Shown: positions 34,753 to 44,513 of the stretch, piece by piece
How the letters are laid out: every line of letters begins with the position of its first letter
Numbering within the stretch: the stretch's first letter is position 1
Assembly (NCBI RefSeq): GCF_016903815.1
Contig: NZ_CP069973.1
DNA length: 64,000 bases
Origin: Escherichia coli
Lineage (GTDB): Bacteria; Pseudomonadota; Gammaproteobacteria; Enterobacterales; Enterobacteriaceae
Reading direction: 5' to 3' (one strand)
Position numbers and translations under genes: made by a program
Notes under the pieces: model-generated
What the model saw: the letters and a program-made list of their open reading frames with translations, nothing else
Told to the model about the DNA's origin: nothing
Database searches by the model: none

Positions 34753-36522
34753 TTAGTTGAACTCCAGAATAGATTTAGGCTGCATGCCGCTACCGGCAGA
34801 AAGCGGTTCGTTTAACAGGGCGTGCATGGTCGCCCATGCGATATCGGCGTGGCTGGCTTCCTCGGTGCGGCTGGCCTCATAGGTGGCGCTGCGCCCGCTG
34901 CTGGTCATGGTTTTGCGGATGGACATAAACGACTGCGTGACGTCGGTTGCTCCGGCGTCGTACTCCAGACAGCCACGGCGAATGGTGTCTTTCGCCTTGA
35001 GTACCATTGCGGTTTTCATTTCAGGTGTGTAACGGATGCCGCGTGCCGCCGGGTAAAATGAGCGCACCAGCTGGAACACGCCGAGACCGAGGCCGGTTGC
35101 GTCAATGCCGATGTATTCGACGTTGTATTTCTCGGTCAGCTTGCGGATGCCCTCTGCCTGTGCTGCAAAATCCATGCCCTTCCACTGGTGGCGCTCCAGC
35201 ATGCGGAACTTGCCACCAGAGACCACCGGCGGCGCGAGCACGACGCACCCGGCACTGTCGCCGGTGTGTGACGGGTCGTAGCCAATCCAGACAGGACGAG
35301 AGCCGAACGGATGGTCGGCGAACGGGGCAAAGTCCTCCCATTCCTCCATTACATCGACCATGCAGCGCTGCAGCTCCTCGAACGGGAATACCGACGCTTT
35401 ATCGTCGACAAACTCGCACATAAACAGGTTCTTAAAGTCCTCATCACTGTTTTCGCGTTTGAGCTGGTCGAGGTCGAACAGGGTGCAGCCACCCGCAAGG
35501 GCGTCCTCAATGGTGACAATCTGCCGCCACTGGCCATCGTCGCAGAGCTGGCCACCGGCGAGCGCGCTGTGACTGATGTCGATTTCGATGCGGTCGGCAA
35601 TCCGGCTGCGCCCCTTGTTGAACAGCTCGCCAGACCAGAAGGGGTAAGCGCCGTGCGCCAGCGTGGAAGGTGTCGAAAAATAGGTCGAGCGCAGGTGCTT
35701 TTGCGAGGCCATGCCCGAGGCGACTTTGCGCAGTTTCTGAAAATTCGGGATCCAGAATATTTCATCGACATACAGATCGCCGTTATGGCTCTGCGCGGTG
35801 TTGGAATTGGTACCGAGAAAAATCAGTTTTGCGCCGTTGTTACCGATGACAATCGGGTCGCCAGTCAGGTCAACGTCGACCAGTCGCGCAAACTGGATGA
35901 TGTATTCGCGGAACACGTAAGCCTGCGTTTTACTGGCTGATAAAAATATCTGGTTATGGCCGGTTTTGAGTGCGCGCAGCAGTGCCTCGCGGGAGAAATA
36001 GAATGTCGCGCCAATCTGGCGGGATTTGAGAATGTCACGAATACGGTGCTCCAGTCCTGCGCGGTACCACTGCAACTGGTACTCGAAAGACTGGTCGAAA
36101 AATAATTCCTCTAGTTTATCGATAGCCTCGTCGCTGAAAAAATTCTTTTTCGGCTTTTTGCGCTCCCCTTTGTTGCGGTTGGCGACGTTGGGGTTAAGGT
36201 CGGCTTCGTTGCCGGTCTGGCTGTAGCGGTTGACTCGCGCCAACCGTTCAATCTGCCGTCCGAGCAGGTCAATCTCTTTGAAATCACCCCCTGTCTTTTG
36301 CGGCTTGGCGATGAGCTGAATCAGCCTAGCCTCAAGGCTGCTTTCAACGCGGGAAATCGGCGCGATGCCGTCCCAGCCGTCACGCTGCTTCCAGCTCTGC
36401 ACGGTCGGGCGCTTGACCTGCAGCATTTCGGCAATCTGTGGCACGGAAAAACCCTGCCAGTAAAGCAGCGATGCCTGCCGTCGCGGGTCATGCAACAAGG
36501 TTGTATCGGTGGAAATGGTCAT
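34753..36522 (-). CDS. P: Terminase large subunit (P2 gpP homolog)
   Basis: The 589-aa product is in the gpP position, divergent from O-N-M. Confidence 0.92.
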   Translation of the reverse strand: MTISTDTTLLHDPRRQASLLYWQGFSVPQIAEMLQVKRPTVQSWKQRDGWDGIAPISRVESSLEARLIQLIAKPQKTGGDFKEIDLLGRQIERLARVNRYSQTGNEADLNPNVANRNKGERKKPKKNFFSDEAIDKLEELFFDQSFEYQLQWYRAGLEHRIRDILKSRQIGATFYFSREALLRALKTGHNQIFLSASKTQAYVFREYIIQFARLVDVDLTGDPIVIGNNGAKLIFLGTNSNTAQSHNGDLYVDEIFWIPNFQKLRKVASGMASQKHLRSTYFSTPSTLAHGAYPFWSGELFNKGRSRIADRIEIDISHSALAGGQLCDDGQWRQIVTIEDALAGGCTLFDLDQLKRENSDEDFKNLFMCEFVDDKASVFPFEELQRCMVDVMEEWEDFAPFADHPFGSRPVWIGYDPSHTGDSAGCVVLAPPVVSGGKFRMLERHQWKGMDFAAQAEGIRKLTEKYNVEYIGIDATGLGLGVFQLVRSFYPAARGIRYTPEMKTAMVLKAKDTIRRGCLEYDAGATDVTQSFMSIRKTMTSSGRSATYEASRTEEASHADIAWATMHALLNEPLSAGSGMQPKSILEFN

Positions 36523-36687
36523 TGATGCCTCGCCGTAGTGGATTCAGGGCAAGGCTACTTAATGGCCGTCAGTGATTCGCTAAGGTGCTGTTGTGTGGGC
36601 GGTTGTCCAGTCGTCATTGGTGGTCTGGCGTGTCCTGAGTCTGGAAACTGGCGGTGACCAGTAACCTCAACCTCAGGACTCCTGACA

Positions 36688-37542
36688 ATGGCAAAAAAAG
36701 TCTCAAAATTCTTTCGCATCGGCGTCGAGGGTGACACCTGCGACGGCCGCATTATCAGCGGCAACGATATTCAGGAAATGGCCGAATCGTTTGACCCTCG
36801 CGTCTACGGTTGCCGCATTAACCTTGAGCATATTCGCGGTCTCTTTCCTGATGGCGACTTCAAACGCTTAGGCGATGTGGTTGAACTGAAAGCTGAAATA
36901 ATTGACGACGATTCTGCGCTTAACGGCAAATGGGCGTTGTTCGCCAGAATCACCCCAACCGACGACCTGATTGCGATGAATAAAAAATTGCAGAAGGTCT
37001 ACACCTCAATGGAAATTCAGCCGAATTTTGCCAATACCGGCAAATGCTACCTCGTCGGCCTTGCTGTCACCGATGACCCGGCGAGCCTCGGCACTGAATA
37101 CCTCGAATTCTGCCGCAACGCGAAGCACAACCCTCTGCAGCGCTTTAAGGCCAACCCTGAAAACGTCTTTTCCGCTGCCACGCTGGCCGAACTGGAATTT
37201 GAAGACGTTCCCGATACGGTGCTAAACAGCCTGGCAGATAAGGTGAAAGCCATTTTCAGCCGTAAGCAGGTCAGCGACGATGCGCGCCTGAATGATGTGC
37301 ATGAAGCGGTGACCACCGTCAGCGAGCATGTGCAGACCAACCTCACTGCGCAGGATAAGCGTCTTTCCGCTATGGAAGCCGCGCTTACCACCTTTAAACA
37401 GGAACTGACCGGCAAGATTGAAGAAACCAGCCAGGCATTTTCCGCCCTGAAAGCCACCCTCGACAAAACCGAAAGTTTCAGCCAGCCGCGACGCACGAAA
37501 GCCAGCGGCGGTGGTGGCGATGAGCTGCTGACCGACTGCTGA
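36688..37542 (+). CDS. O: Capsid scaffold/protease (P2 gpO homolog)
   Basis: The product is 284 aa, the same length as gpO. MAKKVSKFFRIGVEGDTCDGR... is present. Confidence 0.9.
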   Translation: MAKKVSKFFRIGVEGDTCDGRIISGNDIQEMAESFDPRVYGCRINLEHIRGLFPDGDFKRLGDVVELKAEIIDDDSALNGKWALFARITPTDDLIAMNKKLQKVYTSMEIQPNFANTGKCYLVGLAVTDDPASLGTEYLEFCRNAKHNPLQRFKANPENVFSAATLAELEFEDVPDTVLNSLADKVKAIFSRKQVSDDARLNDVHEAVTTVSEHVQTNLTAQDKRLSAMEAALTTFKQELTGKIEETSQAFSALKATLDKTESFSQPRRTKASGGGGDELLTDC

Positions 37543-37618
37543 TAAACCGCAGACCAGAAACCGGGCGGTAACTCCGCCCGATGCAGTGACTAACCGATAA
37601 ATTCAAACAGGAAATACT

Positions 37619-38686
37619 ATGCGCCCGGAAACCCGTTTTAAGTTCAATGCCTATCTGACCCGCGTCGCTGAGCTGAACGGCATCAGCACTGATGACGTCA
37701 GTAAAAAATTCACCGTCGAGCCGTCCGTCACGCAAACGCTGATGAACAAAGTGCAGGAGTCATCCGCGTTTCTGCAGACGATTAACATTCTGCCGGTCGC
37801 AGAAATGAAGGGTGAGAAAATCGGCGTCGGTGTGACCGGTACTATCGCCAGCACGACCGACACCTCGGGCGATGATGAGCGTAAGACCGCAGACTTCACC
37901 GCGCTTGAGTCCAACAAGTACGAGTGCGACCAGATTAACTTTGACTTCCATCTGAAATATAAAACCCTCGACCTGTGGGCGCGTTTTCAGGACTTTCAGC
38001 GCCGCATCCGTGACGCCATTGTTAAGCGTCAGGCGCTCGATTTCATCATGGCCGGTTTTAACGGTACCACCCGCGCCGCCACCTCTGACCGCACCAAAAA
38101 TCCGATGCTGCAGGATGTAGCCATCGGCTGGCTGCAGAAATACCGCAACGAAGCCCCGACGCGTGTGATGAGCAATATCACCGATGCTGACGGTAAGGTC
38201 GTTTCGGCAGTGATTCGCGTCGGTAAAAACGGCGACTATGAGAACCTCGACGCGCTGGTGATGGATGCTACCAACAACCTGATTGACGAGGTTTATCAGG
38301 ATGACCCGAAACTCGTTGCCATCGTTGGCCGTAAGCTGCTGGCCGACAAATATTTCCCACTGGTGAACAAGCCGCAAGAAAACAGCGAAGCGCTCGCGGC
38401 AGATATCATCATCAGCCAGAAGCGAATCGGCAACCTGCCTGCTGTGCGTGTGCCGTACTTCCCGGCGAATGCCGTGTTAGTGACAACGCTGGAAAACCTC
38501 TCTATCTATTTCATGGATGAGAGCCACCGCCGCAGCATTGATGAAAACCCGAAAAAAGACCGCGTGGAAAACTACGAGTCAATGAATATCGACTATGTGG
38601 TCGAGGCGTATGCCGCCGGGTGTCTGCTGGAAAACATCACCCTGGGCGATTTCACCGCACCTGCAGCACCGGAAAGCGGAGAGTAA
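37619..38686 (+). CDS. N: Major capsid protein (P2 gpN homolog)
   Basis: The 355-aa product is in the gpN position and family. Confidence 0.92.
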   Translation: MRPETRFKFNAYLTRVAELNGISTDDVSKKFTVEPSVTQTLMNKVQESSAFLQTINILPVAEMKGEKIGVGVTGTIASTTDTSGDDERKTADFTALESNKYECDQINFDFHLKYKTLDLWARFQDFQRRIRDAIVKRQALDFIMAGFNGTTRAATSDRTKNPMLQDVAIGWLQKYRNEAPTRVMSNITDADGKVVSAVIRVGKNGDYENLDALVMDATNNLIDEVYQDDPKLVAIVGRKLLADKYFPLVNKPQENSEALAADIIISQKRIGNLPAVRVPYFPANAVLVTTLENLSIYFMDESHRRSIDENPKKDRVENYESMNIDYVVEAYAAGCLLENITLGDFTAPAAPESGE

Positions 38687-38690
38687 GCCC

Positions 38691-39440
38691 ATGACGAGCC
38701 CCGCACAGCGTCACATGATGCGGGTCTCGGCCTCTCAAGCCGCGCAGCGGGAACAAGCCCCGCTGCGCCATGCAACCGCCTACGAGCAGATGCTGGTAAA
38801 GCTGGCCGATGACCGCCGCACGTTGAAAACCATCCGTTCAAACGAACTGAAAGCCGCGAAAAAGCGTGAGCTGCTGCCGTTCTATGCGCCGTGGGTCGCC
38901 GGTGTGCTGGCTGATGGCCGTGGTGCGCAGGATGACATTCTGATGACAGTCATGCTGTGGCGTCTCGATGCCGGTGATATCGCTGGCGCGCTGGAAATTG
39001 CGCCATACGCGCTGAAGCACGGCCTCACCTCTGACTATCGCCGCACGCCACCTTACATGCTGGTTGAGGAGGTGGCGATTGCCGCGCTGCGCCTGCGCGA
39101 TGCCGGTGAGCCTGTCGACCTCGCATTACTGCTGACCACCCTTAGCCTGACCGACGGCGCTGACGTTCCCGATATGGTGCGCGCTCGACTGCATAAGGTG
39201 ACCGGTCTAACCCTGCGCGATGCCGGTCAGAGCGCCGAAGCACTGGCACAGTTTCAGCGCGCGATGCAGCTCGACCGCAATGCCGGTGTGCGCAAAGAGA
39301 TTGAGCGACTGGAGCGGGCATTGAAGCCTAAGCCCGATGCCGCGCCCCGTAAAACGACTAAACCGCGCACGCGCAAACCTGCCACCAAACCGGCGGCAAA
39401 GCGCGGGCGTCCACCAAAGGCGGTAAAAACCGCCGGTTAA
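38691..39440 (+). CDS. M: Terminase small subunit (P2 gpM homolog)
   Basis: The start is at MTSPAQRHMMRVSASQAAQ, immediately after the N stop. The ORF-track start at 38595 overlaps N. Confidence 0.88.
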   Translation: MTSPAQRHMMRVSASQAAQREQAPLRHATAYEQMLVKLADDRRTLKTIRSNELKAAKKRELLPFYAPWVAGVLADGRGAQDDILMTVMLWRLDAGDIAGALEIAPYALKHGLTSDYRRTPPYMLVEEVAIAALRLRDAGEPVDLALLLTTLSLTDGADVPDMVRARLHKVTGLTLRDAGQSAEALAQFQRAMQLDRNAGVRKEIERLERALKPKPDAAPRKTTKPRTRKPATKPAAKRGRPPKAVKTAG

Positions 39441-39533
39441 CTGAACGCTCCCCGAGCCGGGCGGCACGCCGGTCAAAGCGGGTTTTGACCCTGACGGCGA
39501 CCGGCGTCCACCGCCCAACCTAATGAGGTTGTC

Positions 39534-40043
39534 ATGACGACAGTAATACTGAATCAGCCCGACGAACCGCAGGACGTACCGGGCGTGGTGATTCCCGCAC
39601 CGGAGACGGGCGACGCAGTGATTAAAAACACGTTCTTTTTCCCTGATGTGGATCCGAAGCGGGTGCGCGAGCTGATGCGCCTTGAGCAGACGGTTTCCGA
39701 TGCGCGCCTGCGCAACGCCATCAAGACCGGCATGGCGGAAACCAATGCGGAGCTTTACGACTACCGGCTGCGCCAGATTGCCGCAGGGTTTAAGACACTG
39801 GCCGACGTGCCTGACGCCGAGGAAATCGACGGCGAGAATGTGCGCGTTTTCCACTACCTCAGCGCCGTGACGGCGATGGCGACCGCCACCCTGTATGAGC
39901 GTTATCGCGGGGTTGAGGCCACCGGCAAGGGTGACAAAAAAGCCGACAGCGTCGAAACCACCATTGATGACCTGTGGCGGGATATGCGCTGGTCGGTCTC
40001 GCGCCTGCAGGATAAGCCGCGCTGTATCGTGGGTCAGCTCTGA
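39534..40043 (+). CDS. L: Head completion protein (P2 gpL homolog)
   Basis: The product is 169 aa, matching gpL in length and position. Confidence 0.88.
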   Translation: MTTVILNQPDEPQDVPGVVIPAPETGDAVIKNTFFFPDVDPKRVRELMRLEQTVSDARLRNAIKTGMAETNAELYDYRLRQIAAGFKTLADVPDAEEIDGENVRVFHYLSAVTAMATATLYERYRGVEATGKGDKKADSVETTIDDLWRDMRWSVSRLQDKPRCIVGQL

Positions 40044-40246
40044 TGAAAGTCTACGCGATGCAGGGCGACACCATCGACGCGCTTTGCGCCCGGTATTACG
40101 GGCGCACTGAGGGCGTGGTCGAGGCGGTGCTGCAGGCTAATCCCGGTCTGTCTGAGCTGGGCGTCATTCTGCCGCATGGCACGGCAATTGACCTGCCCGA
40201 CGTGGCATCGTCACCCGTAACAGAAACTATCAACCTTTGGGAGTAA
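40043..40246 (+). CDS. X: Tail protein X (LysM-like)
   Basis: The product is 67 aa, matching gpX in length. MKVYAMQGDTIDALCARYYGRTEGVVE is present. Confidence 0.88.
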   Translation: MKVYAMQGDTIDALCARYYGRTEGVVEAVLQANPGLSELGVILPHGTAIDLPDVASSPVTETINLWE

Positions 40247-40249
40247 ACC

Positions 40250-40546
40250 ATGACAGAAGGGGAAAAAGGCGTCCTGTCACTGTTTGTGATTGGCGTGATG
40301 ATTGTTGTCGGAAAAGTGCTGGCGGGTGGTGAGCCCATTACCCCGCGCCTGTTTATCGGCCGCATGCTGCTCGGCGGTTTTGTTTCAATGGTCGCCGGTG
40401 TTGTTCTGGTGCAGTTTCCAGATATGTCACTGCCTGCCGTTTGTGGGATTGGATCCATGCTCGGCATTGCAGGTTATCAGGTGGTGGAAATCGCCATTCA
40501 GCGCCGCTTTAAGTCACAAAAGGGGGATAGCGATGCCGGTCATTAA
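40250..40546 (+). CDS. Holin
   Basis: The 98-aa product has multiple hydrophobic segments and a charged C-terminus, and lies immediately upstream of the endolysin. Confidence 0.8.
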   Translation: MTEGEKGVLSLFVIGVMIVVGKVLAGGEPITPRLFIGRMLLGGFVSMVAGVVLVQFPDMSLPAVCGIGSMLGIAGYQVVEIAIQRRFKSQKGDSDAGH

Positions 40547-41030
40547 TACTCACCAGAATATCGCCGCGTTTCTGGACATGCTGGCCTATTCCGAAGGGAC
40601 GGCGACGCATCCGCTGACGAAAAATCGTGGTTACGACGTCATTGTCACTGGCATTGATGGCAAGCCGGAAATTTTCACCGACTACACCGATCACCCTTTC
40701 GCACATGGCAGACCAGCGAAAGTGTTTAATCGACGCGGCGAAAAATCCACGGCATCAGGGCGTTACCAGCAGCTTTATCTCTACTGGCCGCACTATCAGA
40801 AACAGCTCGCATTGCCTGATTTCAGCCCGTTGTCGCAGGACAAACTTGCGATTCAGTTAATCCGGGAGCGCGGTGCCATTGAGGATATTAAAGCGGGGCG
40901 TATTGAGCGAGCAATTTCACGTTGCCGCAATATATGGGCGTCGCTGCCGGGTGCAGGTTACGGCCAGCGTGAGCACAGCCTCGACAAACTGGTCACTGTG
41001 TGGCGCACGGCTGGCGGGGTGATGGCATGA
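40533..41030 (+). CDS. K: Endolysin (lambda R / P2 gpK-type lytic transglycosylase)
   Basis: The start is at MPVINTHQNIAAFLDMLAYSEGT (ATG 40533), giving 165 aa. The ORF-track N-terminal extension is spurious. Confidence 0.9.
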   Translation: MPVINTHQNIAAFLDMLAYSEGTATHPLTKNRGYDVIVTGIDGKPEIFTDYTDHPFAHGRPAKVFNRRGEKSTASGRYQQLYLYWPHYQKQLALPDFSPLSQDKLAIQLIRERGAIEDIKAGRIERAISRCRNIWASLPGAGYGQREHSLDKLVTVWRTAGGVMA

Positions 41031-41440
41031 AAATCCTGATAACGCTGCTGGTGCTGGCCGTGCTCGGGCTGCTGTGGTTGCGCCATGAGAACGGCAATTT
41101 ATCCCGCTCCTTTGAGACGGCAAACCGCGTCGCAAGCGAACAAAAGACGACGATTGGAATGCTGAAAAATCAGCTCAGTGTTGCCGGTCAGCTTGCCCGA
41201 CGTAATGAATCCGCGCAGGTGGAACTGCGCGAGCAGCTCGCAAAGGCCAGCGCAGAGGCCAGCCGCCGTGAGCAGACGATAACGAGGTTACTTAATGAAA
41301 ATGAAGCCTTTCGCCGCTGGTATAACGCTGCTTTGCCTGATGTTGTGCGTCGGCTGCACACCCGCACCGCCTGTGCCAGTGCCGGTGATTGTGGTCAGCG
41401 GATGCCCGAGGGTGAGCCTTTGTCCGATGCCGGGAAGTGA
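41027..41440 (+). CDS. lysB: i-spanin (Rz / LysB-like)
   Basis: MKILITLLVLAVLGLLWL provides an N-terminal TM anchor, followed by a coiled-coil region. The start overlaps the K stop (ATGA). Confidence 0.82.
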   Translation: MKILITLLVLAVLGLLWLRHENGNLSRSFETANRVASEQKTTIGMLKNQLSVAGQLARRNESAQVELREQLAKASAEASRREQTITRLLNENEAFRRWYNAALPDVVRRLHTRTACASAGDCGQRMPEGEPLSDAGK

Positions 41441-41585
41441 CCCGAAAACCAATGGTGACCTGAGCGCAGATATCCGCCGTCTTGAGGGCGCGCTGACCGC
41501 CTGCGCGCTGCAGGTTAAAACCGTCAAACACTGTCAGGATGAACTCGATGCAGAAGCACAAAAGCCTGCGCAAAGCGCTGATTAA
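41295..41585 (+). CDS. lysC: o-spanin lipoprotein (Rz1 / LysC-like), overlapping lysB in another frame
   Basis: The lipobox LMLCVGC is followed by a proline-rich mature part. It has the overlapped architecture typical of P2 lysB/lysC. Confidence 0.78.
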   Translation: MKMKPFAAGITLLCLMLCVGCTPAPPVPVPVIVVSGCPRVSLCPMPGSDPKTNGDLSADIRRLEGALTACALQVKTVKHCQDELDAEAQKPAQSAD

Positions 41586-42015
41586 CGCCGTGCCGCAGCT
41601 CCGAAATAATCCCGATATGCTGCGCCTTTTTGCCGACAACGGCCATACCGATTCCCGACTGGCGAGCTCGCTGTCGTTTGAAAAGGTGTACGTGCTTAAC
41701 GTGGTGGTGACCGACTTCACCGGTGACCTTGATTTGATATTCGTGCCGGTGCAGGCGTGGCTGCGTGAACATCAGCCGGACATTATGACCACCGACGACG
41801 GGCGGGAAAAAGGATTCACCTGGATTATTGATATCAATAACGACGATTCGCTCGATATCAGTATCAGCCTGAGGCTCACCGAGCGCACGCTCGTCAAAGA
41901 GGTCGACGGCGCGCTGCACGTCAGCTATGCCCCTGAGCAGCCACTGCCTGAGCCGGTGACGCGCCCGGTCGAGCTGTACGTTAACGGCGAACTGGTGAGT
42001 AAGTGGGATGAGTGA
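41539..42015 (+). CDS. R: Tail completion protein R
   Basis: The 158-aa product is in the gpR position. Confidence 0.85.
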   Translation: MNSMQKHKSLRKALINAVPQLRNNPDMLRLFADNGHTDSRLASSLSFEKVYVLNVVVTDFTGDLDLIFVPVQAWLREHQPDIMTTDDGREKGFTWIIDINNDDSLDISISLRLTERTLVKEVDGALHVSYAPEQPLPEPVTRPVELYVNGELVSKWDE

Positions 42016-42463
42016 ATTAACCGCGCTGCAGGAACGCCTTGCCGGTCTGATTGCCAGCCTGTCACCGGCGGCACGTCGGCAAATGGCGGTTGAGGTTGCG
42101 AAAAAGCTGCGTACCAGTCAGCAACAGCGTATCAAGCGCCAGCAGGCACCCGACGGCACCCCGTATGCGGCACGAAAGCGCCAGCCGGTGCGGAGCAAGA
42201 AAGGTCGGATTAAACGTGAAATGTTCGCCAAACTGCGCACCAGTCGCTTTATGAAAGCCAAAGGCAGCGACAGTGCGGCGGTGGTGGAGTTTACCGGCAA
42301 GGTGCAGCGCATGGCGCGGGTGCATCAGTACGGCCTAAAAGACCGGCCAAACCGCAACAGCCGGGATGTGCAGTACGAGGCGCGACCGTTGCTCGGATAC
42401 TCTTCATCAGACTTACAAAAAGTTGAGAGTTTAATTATGGATGCTTTATGTCAACGCCATTGA
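42008..42463 (+). CDS. S: Tail completion protein S
   Basis: The 151-aa product is in the gpS position. Confidence 0.85.
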   Translation: MSELTALQERLAGLIASLSPAARRQMAVEVAKKLRTSQQQRIKRQQAPDGTPYAARKRQPVRSKKGRIKREMFAKLRTSRFMKAKGSDSAAVVEFTGKVQRMARVHQYGLKDRPNRNSRDVQYEARPLLGYSSSDLQKVESLIMDALCQRH

Positions 42464-42553
42464 CTTTGGATTCGCTGAGAATTATTATATAACTCAGCGA
42501 TAGAGGTGGACTGGTGTCTAGGTGGGCGTGCCCACTGAGTTGGGTTCGATTCC

Positions 42554-43435
42554 CTAACCTCGTATTATTCCTCTCGATATTTTTATTGCTGGGTTTTCCT
42601 TTCTTATTTCATTTTTAATTTGCTCATCACAAATTAAATAATCTATGTTTTTTGCTTTAACAAGTTCTTTAACGCTAATGTTAATTGAATTTAATAGATT
42701 TGCATTCCGCATGTTAGCCCCTTCATAAGTAACGGATTTAAAATCACATCCTTTTAATATGCAGCTTTTCATTTCGCTATCTGTAAAATACCCCCCTTCA
42801 AAACTGCAGTTTTCGAAAGTGACATTTTGAAAACATGTATTAAATGCCTTAATATTTCTTAGCTTGCAGTTTTTGAATTTAACACTCTTAACTCTATTGC
42901 CTGTAATATTTAGAGCTTGAATTGTGCAATTATCGAAAGAACAATCTCTAATGTATGATTCGCTCATATTCAAGCCGGTTAAGTCAGCGTCTTTAAAATG
43001 TAAATATTTGATAGTGGACATTTTATCAAGTTCAATCCTTGGAACTTGAATGTTATATATTCCTTTAGCATTTAACTGACGTATGATTTTTATCTTCATA
43101 ATATTCAGTTCTGCAGAAGAATGCTTTGCCAGATTTTCAAGATCTTCAATTAGTTCGTGAATAGCATCTTTATTTTGCCTTTTATTTTCAAAATAGTAAA
43201 GAATCACACCCAAAACAAGAAAGTCTAAAATTGAAGAATTTGCATTAACAAGAAAATTCTCCATGAATTTTGAGTTGTAGTTATCATTATAAACAGACAA
43301 CCCTACTATAAGCCCGGAGTATAAAAAAAAGATACCTATAATATATTTCATATTGCTTATTGTACGCCTAAAAGATGAAGTTCTTTTCATTACTACCTGC
43401 CATATGTTTTGTGTGATTTTCGAATGAGTCAACAC
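42554..43435 (-). CDS. Membrane-anchored pentapeptide-repeat protein (moron at the P2 orf30 position)
   Basis: The ORF is very AT-rich (11/60 G+C in line 42601 versus 34/60 in line 42001). Two hydrophobic segments are present (YIIGIFFLYSGLIVGLSVY and ILDFLVLGVILYYF). About 20 consecutive pentads follow (CSFDN CTIQA LNITG ... CDFKS VTYEG ANMRN). The start may be the internal M at 43390. Confidence 0.75.
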   Translation of the reverse strand: MLTHSKITQNIWQVVMKRTSSFRRTISNMKYIIGIFFLYSGLIVGLSVYNDNYNSKFMENFLVNANSSILDFLVLGVILYYFENKRQNKDAIHELIEDLENLAKHSSAELNIMKIKIIRQLNAKGIYNIQVPRIELDKMSTIKYLHFKDADLTGLNMSESYIRDCSFDNCTIQALNITGNRVKSVKFKNCKLRNIKAFNTCFQNVTFENCSFEGGYFTDSEMKSCILKGCDFKSVTYEGANMRNANLLNSINISVKELVKAKNIDYLICDEQIKNEIRKENPAIKISRGIIRG

Positions 43436-43527
43436 TCAAATGATACATGAATGCACACCGAATTGTGTAGAAGAGCATACAGCTGAATCGTTTTGCTCTT
43501 GGCTTTAACAATCGGCATTCTTTGTTC

Positions 43528-44163
43528 ATGAACACATTAAACACCATTCAAGAGTTAGCACGTGCCATTCGCAACCTCATCCGCTCAGGCGTGGTGACTG
43601 AGGTCGATACTGTGCAGGGGCTGTGCCGCGTACAAAGCGGCGGGATCCAGACTACATGGCTGAACTGGCTGACCACCCGCGCCGGTCGTTCGCGGACGTG
43701 GTGGGCTCCCTCGGTCGGTGAGCAGGTTCTGCTGCTGGCAATCGGTGGCGAGCTTGATACCGCTTTCGTGCTGCCGGGTATTTTCTCCGACGATAACCCC
43801 GCCCCGTCTGCCTCGGCGGATGCGTGGCATGTGGCTTTCCCTGATGGTGCGGTCATTGAGTACGAGCCCGAAACCGGCGCGCTGACGGTCAGCGGCATAA
43901 AAACGGCCGACGTGACGGCATCGGAGTCCATCACCGCAACCGTACCGCTGGTACTGGTGAAAGCCTCGACCAGTATCACCCTCGACACCCCGGAGGTGAT
44001 TTGCACCAATAAGCTAACGACGGCGACGCTTGAGGTGCAGAAAGGCGGCAAGATGAGCGGCAATATCGAACATACCGGCGGGTCACTGTCGTCTAATGGC
44101 AAGGTACTCCACACCCATAAACACCCGGGCGACAGCGGCGGGCAAACGGGGGCACCGTTATGA
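43528..44163 (+). CDS. V: Baseplate spike (P2 gpV homolog)
   Basis: MNTLNTIQELARAIRNLIRSG...HTHKHPGDSGGQTGAPL closely parallels P2 gpV. Confidence 0.92.
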   Translation: MNTLNTIQELARAIRNLIRSGVVTEVDTVQGLCRVQSGGIQTTWLNWLTTRAGRSRTWWAPSVGEQVLLLAIGGELDTAFVLPGIFSDDNPAPSASADAWHVAFPDGAVIEYEPETGALTVSGIKTADVTASESITATVPLVLVKASTSITLDTPEVICTNKLTTATLEVQKGGKMSGNIEHTGGSLSSNGKVLHTHKHPGDSGGQTGAPL

Positions 44164-44507
44164 CGGCGCGCTATCAGGGGATGAACCGAAATACCGGCCT
44201 TGGCATCAGCGATACCGAGCATATCAGCCAGAGCATGCGCGATATTCTGCTGACGCCGGTCGGCTCGCGGGTGATGCGTCGTGAATATGGCTCGCTTCTG
44301 TCGGCGCTGATTGATATGCCGCAAAACCCGGCGCTCAGGCTGCAAATTATGGTGGCTTGCTATTCGGCTATCCAGAAGTGGGAACCGCGCATCAGGCTTA
44401 CATCCATCAGCTTTGAGGCCGGCGACGCTGGCGAGATGTATGTCGATATTACCGGGATGCGTACCGATACCGGTGCGTCAGTTTCAACCACTGTTTCACT
44501 GAGTTAA
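44160..44507 (+). CDS. W: Baseplate wedge protein W (gp25-like)
   Basis: The product is 115 aa, the same length as gpW. Confidence 0.9.
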   Translation: MTARYQGMNRNTGLGISDTEHISQSMRDILLTPVGSRVMRREYGSLLSALIDMPQNPALRLQIMVACYSAIQKWEPRIRLTSISFEAGDAGEMYVDITGMRTDTGASVSTTVSLS

Positions 44508-44513
44508 ATAACT

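Noticed and set aside
42503-42561. A tRNA-like fragment with GGGTTCGATTCCC (a T-loop-like sequence, 42542-42554) followed by TAACCTC. That tail could pair with GAGGTGG at 42503-42509. An adjacent 7-bp hairpin is CGCTGAG/CTCAGCG (42473-42499).
   Set aside because: It is only about 59 nt, with no D arm, no 7-nt anticodon loop and a weak T stem (3 GC pairs), so it is not a functional tRNA. It may be a scar of a tRNA-targeting insertion that delivered the pentapeptide-repeat moron, but I cannot support that from the sequence alone.
43548-44345. A long antisense ORF (265 aa) opposite baseplate genes V/W. Similar ones occur at 45430-46086, 39207-39854, 53771-54406, 35311-35940, 50796-51344 and 52379-52891.
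   Set aside because: They are opposite well-supported GC-rich phage structural genes. Their translations are low-complexity and Arg/Ala/Ser/Pro-rich, typical of stop-depleted antisense frames. None has start-site context.
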